From Pavona decussata (lineage: Eukaryota), in the NCBI GenBank assembly GCA_977016875.1, contig CDRNST010000443.1, forward strand, positions 1 through 64,000: a stretch of 64,000 nucleotides of DNA, in the 5' to 3' direction. How positions within the stretch are numbered: position 1 is the first letter of the stretch; every line of letters starts with the position of its first letter. The translations under genes were made by a program, and so were the position numbers. Of this stretch, positions 12,663 through 24,231 are shown piece by piece. The notes beneath the pieces are model-generated. The model worked only from the letters and a program-made list of their open reading frames with translations, was not told where the DNA came from and made no database searches.

Positions 12663-15600
12663 ACCTGCCGGGTTGAAGACGGCGATTTTAGCCATTTGAA
12701 GGGTTCGGCGTTGAACGTTCACTCGAGCGTACGCTCGAGTGAACTCTTTTTTATGCAAATAAATTCTTTTGTTTCAGTAAACCAATACGGCCGGTAGTCA
12801 CGTGAATGAAAACGCTCTATATATTGAAACACTCACATGATATGTGAAAGTACAGGTCAGAAGAAATTTGCAGGCAACTTTCCTGCTGTTGTGGACCTGC
12901 TGACACCCTAACTTGCAAAATTCTCTAATGTAACCATCACTGATTACTGTGAGTCAAAAAGCTCTTGTGGCAATCCTATTTGGTTTGTGTTATTAACTAA
13001 TTGTAATACTATTATTGAGCAATTTTTTTAAACATCACTTGTAAATATGCTTTGACTGCACCTTTGTGTAGACTTGCAGTGAATATTATGCATGAAAGTT
13101 ATCTTCTGGGACAAGTCAAGATAATATCCACAATTTAAACCATATTAGTTTGTACTAAAGAGAACAAATAAACCAAACTGACAAAATTATGAGACAGTAT
13201 TTTGCCCAATACCCTATTCTAAAGAGTGTGGAAAACTACCAGTGCTTGGTAAATTTCATCTTTGTGTTTGAATTATTAATTTTCTATTTGTGCCTTCTTT
13301 TGTTTTCTTGGCAAAGTCTGTTATATGGACAGCCAATTTTATAGCATTTTTTGTACAACATAATAAATTTCTAACAAAAGTATTGCACTGTTTTGGTATA
13401 TACCAGAGAAAGTACAAAGGCGTCAACAAGGTCACCTAAGCACACCATGGTAAATAGCACTACCCATGGTAAATAATGCAATAGTAAATCTCACTTAGCT
13501 TTTAGTTTAGATCTGTCAACAACACCTCCTGAACCTTAAAATATTGAGATCTGTATTATTAGGGTTAGTTTAGGGAAGCATGAAGGCATTTTTCACAGAA
13601 GATACCTTTGTCCAGAAGAATGGGCCACTCGCCAGGATCTTACACTAAGGTTTACATTGTACATAATGTGCAAATTTATAAATGAAAAGGAGAGGAGGTC
13701 AGAACTGCCAGCAAATTTTTGCAATATTTAGCATTGATATCATATCAAATATATGACGAGTAGGTACTGGTAATGCATGCAGACTGTGTGTGTGTGTGTT
13801 GCTGTCATACCCATGTCAACAAGAACCACAATGCTGCAGGCATGGTGAGAGTAGACAGCAAGACTGGCCTCTGACTTCAACGGTAAACTTATCTTTATGC
13901 AGGGAAGGCTTTTGGCCAGTGGGATCATAGAGAGGGCCACAGCAAAAGGCATATACCTTTAAATTTGATCCTAGAAACTGCCAACATAGCTGATAGGAGA
14001 GTCTTCAATAAAATCTCCTGGATATAGGTCAAGCACATTATTTATAAACAGTGAAGGGATTATGGAAATTGTTTACTAATGGCAAATTATTTTATTGGCT
14101 TGTTCATAGTGAGGGAGATTTGAGTGTTATTTCATAACAACAACAACAAAAACAAAACAAAAAAGCCCCCTCCCAAAAGGTGGCTACAGAAATTGAGCAC
14201 ATTTTGAGACTTTCTAGGCTGAAGGAATATGCTAGTCATTAACAAGACTTCAGTTAGGGTTCATCACTAGAAATTATGTATGTATGTATGTATGCATGTA
14301 TGTATGTATGAGATCTAAACGACCCAAAGAAAGTGGAACTTCAACTCTGACATACTTTGTTTACCAAAATGGCCTTTAATTTTTCATTTTGTCACCTGAT
14401 ACACACAATGCACTAAATAGTGCCTCACACTACTGTTGCGACAAAACTGCGGTACTGCTGATGGCCGCCACACTCGTGCATCCTGTTCAGAAATAACTAA
14501 AACCCCGACATTTCTGGGGTACTGTAAAAAAAAAAAGAGAGCCATCTCTATTTAGAATTAGAGTACTTGACTAACCTTTGGAAAAGAATTTACTCCATTA
14601 TCACCTGTATCATAAATTAATTGACGTAACATTTATTAGAGCGGTTTTCAATTGAGTGTCGAAAACAATAACACGTTTGATTTGGTTTTGCATTACTACG
14701 CTCTGTGATCGGTTAACAAAACTCGCGCTACTTTCTTAACCAATGGGAATACAAACCAAAACCAATCGCGTTTTCGCCACACGCGTTTCCCAGCGCTTGG
14801 CGTCAGACACATGTATTTGCTTCTATTTGTGATTGACTCATTGTGTTGTTTACAACTGTTGTGATTGGCCAGAGTAATTACTTTGGTTTTGGTTTTACGA
14901 CACTCAATTGGAAACCACTCTGTTGTCATTTTTCTTTTATCTGTTCACGTTTCCTGCTTTTGGGTTATTTTTCTTACCTGGGAGCTTGTAGCTTTGGTTC
15001 AGTTTTAATATCGACTCGTTTATGCCTTACTTTAGTTGGAGCATTTCCATGGCAATTAATTATTTGGCTTGGCAGTCGTGACCATTGCAAAGAACAACTG
15101 CTATATCATTTAGCTTCCAGTCCATAAGCATGACAGAGGGGTTGTATAACGTGGTTACATGCGCCATATTAACGTAGCGTGAAAACTATTGCCGGTATAG
15201 ATTACTGTGATTCTCGGTAGCGTCAGAGCTGATACTTTACTCACTGCAATTAGTTTTGATTTTTTTCTTGATTAAGTTATTGAAATTGCTACTTAGAAAT
15301 GCTGCTGTCGCCTGATTACAGTACTAAAAGAAACTTAACGGCACTGGCCGCTGTTTTCATTGTATAACTTACCACCCGGTCAGGTGTCCAGCGTGACACA
15401 TGCAGCATTTTAACCCGGCGCACACCGTGCTGGTAACTTCTTGCTCTCCTATCTTGCATGAAGATCGGCACTTTTTGGAGACGGCAGACAAGTCTTCAGC
15501 GCCACTGCCGCAGTCGGCTTGGGTAAGAAAATAAAAATTGTGTTAGAGTTACTCTGGTTACTCTCCTTCCAGCAGCCGCTTGTGCCAGAGTCACGTAACG

Positions 15601-17029
15601 CTCCCCGTGACTCCGGCCCGAGCAGCTGCGAAGGAGACTATGTGAGAGTCGGATGAGATTAAAAATCCATAAGGGGAATCACTTGCTAGAATCTTCTTAC
15701 ATGTAGTTAGGACAACCAAGTCGTAGCAGTCCTCAACTATAAACATTGTGTTGGAGTCGGGATTAATCCTGTACGTAATTGTAACATATTGCAATTTGCT
15801 ATTTGAATGATACCAACTCACTCCCTATTTAGATATTATTATCTTCATTCTTAATTTATAATGTATTAATTTCTTTATGTCAATTCTAATCTGTATCCTC
15901 TGTAAAGCTGAGCTGAGGTAAATTAAAATACTTTTGAATTTTTAAACTTGAATTTCCTCAACGCTCATCAGCTCACTGCACATTTCACTGCTACTTCTCC
16001 ATTCTGATTGCCAATTTTAATACCCTGACCTCTGTTTACATCTTCAGTTAGATCTGAGAACTTGGTGTTATATCAAGACTCTGAGTTCTCATTATTTGTC
16101 TGTTTGACAATGTATTTCGGGAGTATTGTGAGGAGAAGTTACATATTGATCACTTCTAGGAGCCAAAATGCAAAGGGTTAAGATTAATTACATAAATAGT
16201 TGTCAAAAATTTGTAACGGTTAGTTTATAAAATGTATGTTACTTAGCATACAAAACGTCAATTTATTTTAAAAATTCGTTGGTTGATCATGTTTGTCACG
16301 GCGCTGTCAGTTGTGTTTCTTCACATTTTTTTTTAAATCAAGCTACGACGGCCTAAAAATGTTGTTGTTAGCAAAACAGGGACAGACAAATCTGATATTT
16401 GTGAATTCCTTCCATAAACCATACATGATAATTATTAATCAATAATTAGTAATATTATTTAATTACTAATAAAGATTCTCGAAGATTGTACAAAACAGAC
16501 TTTTCGATGTCTCCATACACGACATTTATAAATCATGGTTTTGTAGTTCAGTTCTTGCATGTGAAGTAACTTCTTTTATTAAAAAACTTCACACTAAATT
16601 CCATGATTTCATATTGTCGGCTTGGTATCTGAAAGCGTTTTGCCGAGCTTTAAATTGAGATATAGAGTGTCTAGGCGTTTCATCTTTCAATGTTCTGTGG
16701 AGGTTGAATCATGTTTTAATTCTAACAGATGGAAAACAAAGCTGGTAACTTCTAAGATCCGTCTTACTTGCTCGTTTGTTGAAAAAGTCCTCCATAATGC
16801 GATTGGAATGATATAGACCATAGTGCTTGTTCGGCTTGTGCGGTTTGGCCAGAACCAATGCCACTTGGACAATAACAAAGGCCAAAATAATCTGACTGAA
16901 ATGAAAAAAAAAACGATATAAATATATATTAGTAAGGCAAAACGGAGCACAAGGAAACCAAACATAAACACATCACCGCTATTTAGTTTTCAAGATTGTA
17001 ACACAATATAACCGCTCAGATCAAAATTA

Positions 17030-17225
17030 TAGTCCAGTCATCTAATGAAATTTTTATGGTCGAAGTCAAACTAATTGCAACAGAATCTCTGTCACTGCCA
17101 AATGATAGATAGTGGTGAACTTACCAACATACTAAAAGTTCCCCAAAATTCGTGTGGTGGAACATGCTTTAATTAAGCATTACAATATTTCGAGCCTGTA
17201 CCACAGGGTACCCACGTCGTGGAAA
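17030..17225 (+). repeat. Left terminal inverted repeat of the Academ element (also at 2240 and 9635)
   Basis: Reverse complement of 23383-23569 aligns through ...CTGTACCACAGGGTACCCAC with scattered mismatches and one short indel. Confidence 0.93.
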
Positions 17226-18427
17226 GTAACAATAAATCGAAACACGCAAAATAAAGTTGTTTTGAGCAGTTCTCAGCCATCTTGATCTTCAATAAATGTT
17301 TAAGATGAACAAATATTTTATTAAAGTTGAAAATAAAATAATCAGATTAAAACAGATACGATTTAAGTGATCCCAGACTCCAACGGTATAGCATGGAGGC
17401 CTGGCAGTATTTAGTTCGTTTCGCTACATTGCCTGTAAGTTCTGTAGTCACAGACTTTTAGTTTTATTAGTGGACTTTTATGGTTTCTCTGCAATATCTA
17501 CTTGCTCTTCTGATAGAGGGTCGTGCTGTGAGAAACGGTATAAGTCTGATTCATGTTCTACATTGCATTTTTATCATGCAAATTAAGGTTAATTTGTTTA
17601 TGTAATCGCACGTGATCGAGTAAAATCTATAAGGATTAATTTTGCGGGAAAGGATTCTGCATAGATATTCCATCCATTTAATATTAAATGAACATTGCAG
17701 TTGAACGTAAAACTTTCCCGATATATGCAAATTTCGATAATGATTGAATTCTGGCGGACATAAAATAGCGACGTTAATTTGATATAGACCTTATGTAAAA
17801 ACGTCGAAAACAGAAAGTTGTTTTCTTTCTTGAACTAATTTCATTCAAGGAGTCAGTACAGCAGTACAGAGATGGCTATTAAGTGCCGAAAAGTGAACTA
17901 CGGACTAATTAATCTTGAAGTTTTGATTAACTAAAACTGTCAACAAATCATCCAGCTAGCAGCTAGAGTGGCTTTCTTGTGCATGCAGCCAGCTTTCGAC
18001 TGGGTTTTCAAAGTCCTCATACTACTTGATAAATTAAAAACCAGCATCGTGTATTTGATGCACAACTGGTTCATAACAGTTTCTTCGCGGTAAATTCGCA
18101 AATGCTTTTCTGTGGTGAAAATTACGAAAATATGGAATTAAAAAAGGTGAAAAAGAAAAGTTGGAATTCCCTTGGGGAACGGGGGTCTAAAGTGAAAAAC
18201 CTTCCGTAAGGGGGGGGGGGGGGGGGTATGGATATTTCTGGAACCACACAATACCCTTACGTTTAATAATTTCCAAACAGAATTAGTTATTGAAATGTTA
18301 ATATTATTTCTTCCAAAGGAATTTTTTCTACGAAGACGTACGCAACTACACTGCATCATGGATTGCTGCTTTTGCAGCGAGTCCGTAGACAATGGAGACC
18401 TCACGGTCACTTTGACGGAAAAGGGTT

Positions 18428-18729
18428 TTTTTTTAATCATCTTTATTTTTTTTTCTTTTCAAAGGATATGTGCGATAATACATATTACAATACTAACATA
18501 AAGCTATTGATAGTAATATTGCATTGTCAACAAAATATTACATAGTAATATAACAGAAATATTACATAGTATTATAACGTTAAGTTTACAACTCACAAAA
18601 CAACAAAGTTTACAGGTTCTACATAAATTAAGATACAGGAACTTTACAGAAAACGATCTTATATATACAATCAACAAAAATGTGCAAAATTCTGCCATTT
18701 AGCAAAGAAAAGTTTCTGTTGGCCCGAGG
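18428..18729 (-). mobile_element. 5'-truncated L1/Tx1-like LINE 3' end inserted in Academ exon 1 (copies 3637-3938, 11032-11333)
   Basis: 15-bp TSD TGACGGAAAAGGGTT (18413-18427, 18730-18744). On the minus strand: ORF end SGQQKLFFAKWQNFAHFC*, AT-rich UTR, AATAAA and poly(A). Confidence 0.85.
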
Positions 18730-19000
18730 TGACGGAAAAGGGTTGCAGAAACATTAATGGCATAAGCCAGACACTCGACCAATGTACAATCCAGGTGAAA
18801 ACTGGCCAATGCGTACATAAGAAATGCCGTCTTGATTTCATCAGGTCCAAAAGAACAGGAAGCCGTAATGTTGATCAGAACTAAGGAAAACTATCGCTCG
18901 CCGGTCCACCACATCTAGGTTTGTTTTTAAGGAACACTGTTTTTTCTGTGGCCAACCCGCAAAGTACGAGGGCCGAAAACGAGGCTACGAGGTTATCCCG

Positions 19001-19477
19001 GTGCGTACGAAAGACTTCCAGGATAAAATACAAGAAGCCTGCAAAGTGAGGAATGATGAATGGGTGGAAACGGTCCAGGGGAGATTAGAGTTTGCACAAG
19101 ATCTACATGCTGCTGACGCTGTGTACCACCAAGCGTGCAGTGTCAACTTTCGGACGGGAAAACAGATTCCGAAGAAGCATGGGAATGATACTGATTCAAA
19201 GCGTGCAAAGGGACGTCCTATGGACACAGTTAAATCTAAAGCGTTCTTAAAAGTAACAGAGTTTCTTGTAGAAAACGACGAAGAACAAATTACAATACCT
19301 GATCTCGTTGGCAAGATGCAAGAGTATCTCGAGGGAACTGGGGAACCCCCCTACAGTTCTGTGTACATGAAGGAAAAGTTACAGGAACACTTTGGCGAGA
19401 AAATAGTGATGATAACTGTGAATAATCAAAACGTCGTAACCTTCCATAGCACAGCCGAATCAATAATAAGTAGGTAG
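19001..19477 (+). pseudogene. Academ protein N-terminal fragment (Zn-finger-like DLHAADAVYHQAC); identical copies at 4210-4686 and 11605-12081
   Basis: The frame is open upstream through FKEHCFFCG and ends at a frameshift. Confidence 0.8.
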
Positions 19478-19506
19478 ACGACTTCGAGGTAGAGAAAGCC
19501 AGGATA

Positions 19507-20109
19507 GTGAAGACAGCGGTCAAACTTATCACGACTGACATAAAGAACTTAAATGCTTCAAACACAACTTACCCGTGTAGTGGAGAAATGTCCTCTGTTG
19601 ATCAGGCTTTAGCATTCATCCCTAAATTACTTGAGATATTCCTGGAAAATATCTTTGTAGGCAAGGATACCAGTTTAAAGCTTGCATCAATTGGACAAGC
19701 CATCATCCAGGCTGCAAGGCCTAAAGCTGTCATAGCTCCTCTCCAGCTCGGATTAGGCATACAGATACACCACCATTTTGCGTCAAAGTTTTTGATAGAC
19801 TCCCTCAGCTCACATGGATTTTGCTCACCATACACGGTTGTCCAGAAGTATGAGCGAAGCGCGGCAGTAAATCAAGGAACAGATATTCCCGGTTATACAC
19901 CAGACACCTTTGTTCAGTACGTCGCGGACAATGTCGACGGTGCACTTAACGCAATGCTTGCTTCCAAAACCTTCAATGTACCTCTTCCGGTAAAAAGCAC
20001 AAAGGATCCGGGCTCTGCCGAAAGCGAAGAAGTTAGTCCAGCCTGCAGTACTACCCAGGAACCATGCACTGACGTAGGACTTGTGTCGCAGTCTGCTTCT
20101 ATCGTTCAG
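19507..20109 (+). pseudogene. Academ transposase fragment up to first catalytic-type motif YVADNVD; copies at 4716 and 12111 read through the duplication junction
   Basis: SIGQAIIQAARP...LGLGIQIHHHFASKFLIDSLSSHGFC...YVADNVD; ends at donor CAG|GTATAG. Confidence 0.8.
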
Positions 20110-20325
20110 GTATAGTATATAAACAGATAGACCTAGTTTTATTGAGTCATTCAATATGAGATCCTTTAGTAACACAGAAAGAAATAATTGGTTGATTATA
20201 CAACACTGCTTAGTAATTTGCTGTCCCGGAGTAGGTTGGCACTTTTTGCAAAAACAGGGTGTATCTGATATTCGTCTGGTTAATTTTCTTTGAAGGAACC
20301 ATACACTGTGGTCGAACGTGTCGCA

Positions 20326-20535
20326 GAGACTGCACGTACCGCCCTGGTGTCGCATGCTGACCCTGCAGAGTCTGATCCTAGTGCCCTGGCCTCGCATGAG
20401 GACCCCACAGAGACCGCACGTACCACCCTGGTGTCGCATGCTGACCCTGCAGAGTCTGATCCTAGTGCTCTGGTCTCACATGCGAACCCCACAGAGACTG
20501 CACGTACCGCCCTGGCGTCGTGTACTGAACCCACA
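20326..20535 (+). repeat. Coding minisatellite, 5 x 42 bp (alternating 14-aa units) in Academ exon 2
   Basis: ETARTALVSHADPA/ESDPSALASHEDPT/ETARTTLVSHADPA/ESDPSALVSHANPT/ETARTALASCTEPT. Confidence 0.92.
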
Positions 20536-20670
20536 GGGACTGCTAGTAAAGCCTGGGAGCCAACTAGTCACATCAGCAGCAGTATCCCGCAAAACGACAT
20601 TCCTTCACAGATGCAACTTGGTGACGTCCAAGCGGAATCCAGAAACGAAAATGTTTAAGAAGATATTAAG

Positions 20671-21236
20671 GTGGCGAGAACCATGCTAAAACGACTTGAA
20701 GAAGGTAAATTCACAGTAGAGGAAGTTTGTTCTGCAGAAGTGGTCCAAAGAATCTCAGAAAGGCTCAAACACGTGCAAAGTTCAATGAAGAACCAACGGA
20801 CTGCTGTTCTATGGACTGTGTATATGGAGATGGTAGATATACTGCGCAGATTCATAAAAGCCGAACGCACTGGAAATTGGAGTCTGCACCTCCAATCGGT
20901 TTACGACATGCTTCCATATTTTGCCGCTGCTGGTCACCGACTTTATGCTAAATCGGCTTATATCTACCTACAAATGATGAATGAGCTTCAAAACACTCAC
21001 CCAAACATTTACAAGAACTTTCAGAATGGACTTCATTGCGCACGGAGAAGTAATCGCTTTTGGGCGGGGCTTTCCACTGATTTGATGATTGAACAAGTTC
21101 TAATGCGCAGTGTCAAGACAAGCGGTGGTTTAACTCGAGGTAAAGGATTGTCAGAGACGCAGCGGCTTGTTTGGTTAATGTCAATGCCTGCTTGTGCAGA
21201 AGTCAACGACGCCATGCCGACCCTTACTGGTGTTAG
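20671..21236 (+). pseudogene. Academ transposase C-terminal core fragment
   Basis: FIKAERTGNWSLHL...LPYFAAAGHRLYAKS...WAGLSTDLMIEQVLMRSVKTSGGL; ends at donor TAG|GTATTC. Confidence 0.82.
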
Positions 21237-21402
21237 GTATTCACCTTGTTTATAGTATTATATTTGTATTTATGTTACCACAATCAGTACAAATCAGACT
21301 GATATTCTCACTTTTCTAATTACAGGTATCAAACTAGTGAACAGCATAAGAGCGGCACAGAAGCAAGAAAGCTGCGAGATTATAATGACACCCTTGATCT
21401 AG

Positions 21403-23016
21403 TTGACTACCTTTCCCAGGGATCCCTTTTCCCAGGATCATGCTCTGCGCTGCATTGCGACAGGTGTCCTTGCTGATGAGGAAGTCAATGTCGATAAGTG
21501 CAAGGTAGTGGGAGACATGGTGTTAAGTTCTATGGTTGGCAAAAATGCGCATGACTACTCATTTCGTAAGAAAGACCAAGCAGTTACACTTGCGTGCAAG
21601 ACGGCTGTGAGGTTAAGTGAAGGAAACATCCAGGTGGATCCACAGTTGTTGGTTCAGAGATTGAGTTTTGTAGCAACTGGAGGACAGTATGACAATCCCC
21701 AATCGTTCTTTAAGTTTGAGATGTGCAGTTATCCACCAGCACTATTTGATTCCTCGATCCTTCCACATAAGGCTAATAAGCCCGTCCTGGCTGAAGCTAT
21801 CTGGACTCAAACGAAGAATGAGCAAACAACCAAGCCTACAGGAAAGGTTCACTATGTTCTTGATGGCGGCGCTCTCCTCCATCGCATTTCCTGGCCACGG
21901 GGCCTTACCTACGCGGAAATTATCTCACTCTATGTACAACATGTGACCCAAAGGTACAACCAGGCTACGGTAGTATTTGATGGATATGAAGAGGGGCCTT
22001 CCACAAAGGACTGCGCGCATCAAAGAAGATCCGGTGTCCCTGGTCCATCAGTGAACTTTGATAGCGACATGGTTTTGAAGCTGAAGAAGGATGTGTTCCC
22101 AAGTAATACCGCCAACAAGCAATGGCTCATAAAACTACTTGGGGAGAAACTGCAACTTTCAGGATGTAATATTATCCACGCCCCAGGAGACTCAGACCTG
22201 ATGATAGTCCAAACGGCCGTTCAGTCCGCCAAGTCAATCACAACAGTCCTTGTAGGAGATGACACAGACCTTCTAGTTTTGCTCTGTCATCATGCTGATA
22301 CAAGCGCTCGTGATCTGTTTTTCATTCCTCGGCCAAAGCAAAGGTCAACGACGCGAAAGATTTGGGACATCAAGAAAACCAAGGCTGTACTGGGGCCAGA
22401 AACTTGCGCTAATATTCTTTTTGTTCACGCAGTTCTAGGATGTGACACTACATCAGGAATACATGGGATTGGCAAAGGTTTGGCTCTTAAGAAGATTATG
22501 AAGGATGCAGAATTTCAGGAGCAAGCTGAGCTTTTTAATAATGAAGATGCCACAAAGAGTGATGTAATTGCAGCTGGAGAGAAAGCCCTTGTTTGTCTAT
22601 ACAACGGCCGGTCTGACGAAAGTCTGGATTCGTCACGATATTCGAGATTCTGCCAGAAGATCACAACAGGGACTTCATTTGCACAGCCCAAATGTCTCCT
22701 TCCGACTTCTGCAGCGGCGATCTACCACAGCCTCAGGGTTTACCACCAGGTACAGCAGTGGAGAGGTGTTGCGCTCCGGCCACAAGACTGGGGCTGGAAA
22801 CTAGTAGATGGAAGTCTCGCACCCGTAAGAACTGACCTACCAGCAGCTCACGCGTTTTTGTTAGAGATTATTAGGTGCAACTGTAAATCTGGCTGTGGCT
22901 CCCAGAGATGTTCATGCAGAAAAAATGGACTGGATTGCTTGGCTGCATGTGGTACCTGTGGAGGACAGAGTTGCACGAATTCCGCCCCACCAGACCTAAG
23001 CGAAAACGATGAATGA
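21403..23016 (+). CDS. XPG/FEN1-like PIN-domain nuclease plus tesmin/TSO1-like CXC domain (C-terminal module of Academ protein); uninterrupted 537-codon frame, probably not independently expressed
   Basis: Motifs VLDGGALLH, VVFDGY, GDSD, GDDTDLLVLL, H3TH-like GCDTTSGIHGIGK, WGW, and 9-Cys cluster CNCKSGCGSQRCSCRKNGLDCLAACGTCGGQSC. Confidence 0.85.
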   Translation: MTTFPRDPFSQDHALRCIATGVLADEEVNVDKCKVVGDMVLSSMVGKNAHDYSFRKKDQAVTLACKTAVRLSEGNIQVDPQLLVQRLSFVATGGQYDNPQSFFKFEMCSYPPALFDSSILPHKANKPVLAEAIWTQTKNEQTTKPTGKVHYVLDGGALLHRISWPRGLTYAEIISLYVQHVTQRYNQATVVFDGYEEGPSTKDCAHQRRSGVPGPSVNFDSDMVLKLKKDVFPSNTANKQWLIKLLGEKLQLSGCNIIHAPGDSDLMIVQTAVQSAKSITTVLVGDDTDLLVLLCHHADTSARDLFFIPRPKQRSTTRKIWDIKKTKAVLGPETCANILFVHAVLGCDTTSGIHGIGKGLALKKIMKDAEFQEQAELFNNEDATKSDVIAAGEKALVCLYNGRSDESLDSSRYSRFCQKITTGTSFAQPKCLLPTSAAAIYHSLRVYHQVQQWRGVALRPQDWGWKLVDGSLAPVRTDLPAAHAFLLEIIRCNCKSGCGSQRCSCRKNGLDCLAACGTCGGQSCTNSAPPDLSENDE

Positions 23017-23382
23017 AAATCACATCAATACCCCTCCTGAATATGCGACAAACGGGAAGATTAGCCCCCCCCCCCCCAATTTCATTCCCATCGGAATCCC
23101 CCAAAACATCAAGTTTGATCAGTTTAACTAGATAATTATGTAAAGGTTTCCAGATAAGCCAAGAAAATGATACACATTATGGATTTTTTTTTTGATCTGT
23201 TGAATTATGAACCAAACCCTGTGGCTATTATGCCAAACATCAATAGATGCTTAAAATGTTGCACACTCTTTATCAAATTCATCAAACGGGCTATGGAAGT
23301 GTTAGAAAAACACATTTGTGTTGGCTAGTAACAATATTTTAGCCTTTCTTGTAATTAAAGTTAAATCATTAATAAAAAATAT

Positions 23383-23569
23383 CTTTCGGCGAAGTGGGTA
23401 CCCTGTGGTACAGGCTCTAAATATTATAATGCTCAATCTAAGCATGTTCCACCACACGAATTTTGGGGAACTTTTAGTATGTTAGTTAGTTGACCACTAT
23501 CTATCATTTGGCAGTGACAGAAATTCTGTTGCAATTAGTTTGAATTCAAACCACAAGATGACTGGACTA
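23383..23569 (-). repeat. Right terminal inverted repeat of the Academ element
   Basis: GTGGGTACCCTGTGGTACAGGCTC...AGATGACTGGACTA is the inverse of the left TIR. Confidence 0.93.
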
Positions 23570-24231
23570 TTAATGTGTCACACATTTAAAACATACATAC
23601 ACACACATAAAATTCTCGATATATTCTCCCGCCATGTGCTACAAATAGGCAAGCAGGTTTTAGCGAGATCCCTCACGGGGATTTCTGGAAAACATTTTGA
23701 TTGATTTCTTGAAGATCGTCAACATTATCAAACATCTCTTTGAAGCGACTGAGAGATGCATTTTACCTTCAGAAAGATAATACTTGGTAGTTTGGTTCTG
23801 CTTACTGAAGTGCCTATGAAGTAAAAAACATTTTTGCGTTCTTTTGAAGTTGACCATGTCTTTATTACGAAATTATAAAAGAAATGCGCTAGAAAAAACA
23901 ATAAGGTGCTTTTTTAGTCGTACAAAGTAGCCCAAAAATAAGAAAAATAGTGTCCCAGGGACTGGGAACTAGTTTAGCGTTTGATGACGTAGGAAATCCC
24001 TCAGAGATTTGTTTATAACACATCTCGCCTTGTTGTTTAAACAGAATCACCCAATATTTTTATCGCGAAAATCTTCGTGTTCAATGTTTCCCCCCAAACA
24101 AAATTTTCCAATAGATATCTGAAAAAGTCAAGCTATTTAGGCAAAATGAAAGTTATTGCAATGGTTTGACCCGATGCGGATCATACTGGCGTCGAACAGC
24201 TCAAGAATAAGACGAGGACGAAGGTTTCGTA

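Larger units (their letters stand above)
1..20058 (+). repeat. Tandem segmental amplification, unit 7,395 bp (units end at 5267, 12662, 20058; first unit runs off the window start)
   Basis: Sequence and ORF track recur at +7395 and +14790/14791. The only difference I found is a G-run of 16, 16 and 17 nt. Junction ...ACTACCCAG|ACCTGCC at 5267/5268 and 12662/12663, versus ...ACTACCCAG|GAACC at 20058. Confidence 0.97.
18358..23016 (+). pseudogene. Academ transposase/XPG-nuclease polyprotein gene, spliced and disrupted
   Basis: ATG at 18358 (MDCCFC...HKKC), second Zn-finger-like unit (HCFFCG...YHQAC), ADNVD, DLMIEQ, then PIN/XPG and CXC. GT-AG introns 20110-20295 and 21237-21325. Lesions: LINE insertion 18428-18729, frameshifts ~18882, ~19472 and ~21419, premature TAA 20656-20658, probable large deletion at ~19938. 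Confidence 0.88.
17030..23569 (+). mobile_element. Academ superfamily (AcademX-type) DNA transposon, both ends present, defective
   Basis: Termini TAGTCCAGTCATCT...AGATGACTGGACTA, ~190-bp imperfect TIRs, 3-bp TSD TTA (17027-17029 and 23570-23572). Internal gene has DDE-type motifs, an XPG-like nuclease and a C-terminal Cys cluster, the domain set described for Academ. Confidence 0.9.

Noticed and set aside
19825-20534. Minus-strand ORFs of 204 and 84 aa
   Set aside because: They are antisense shadows of the Academ gene and its GC-rich 42-bp repeat.
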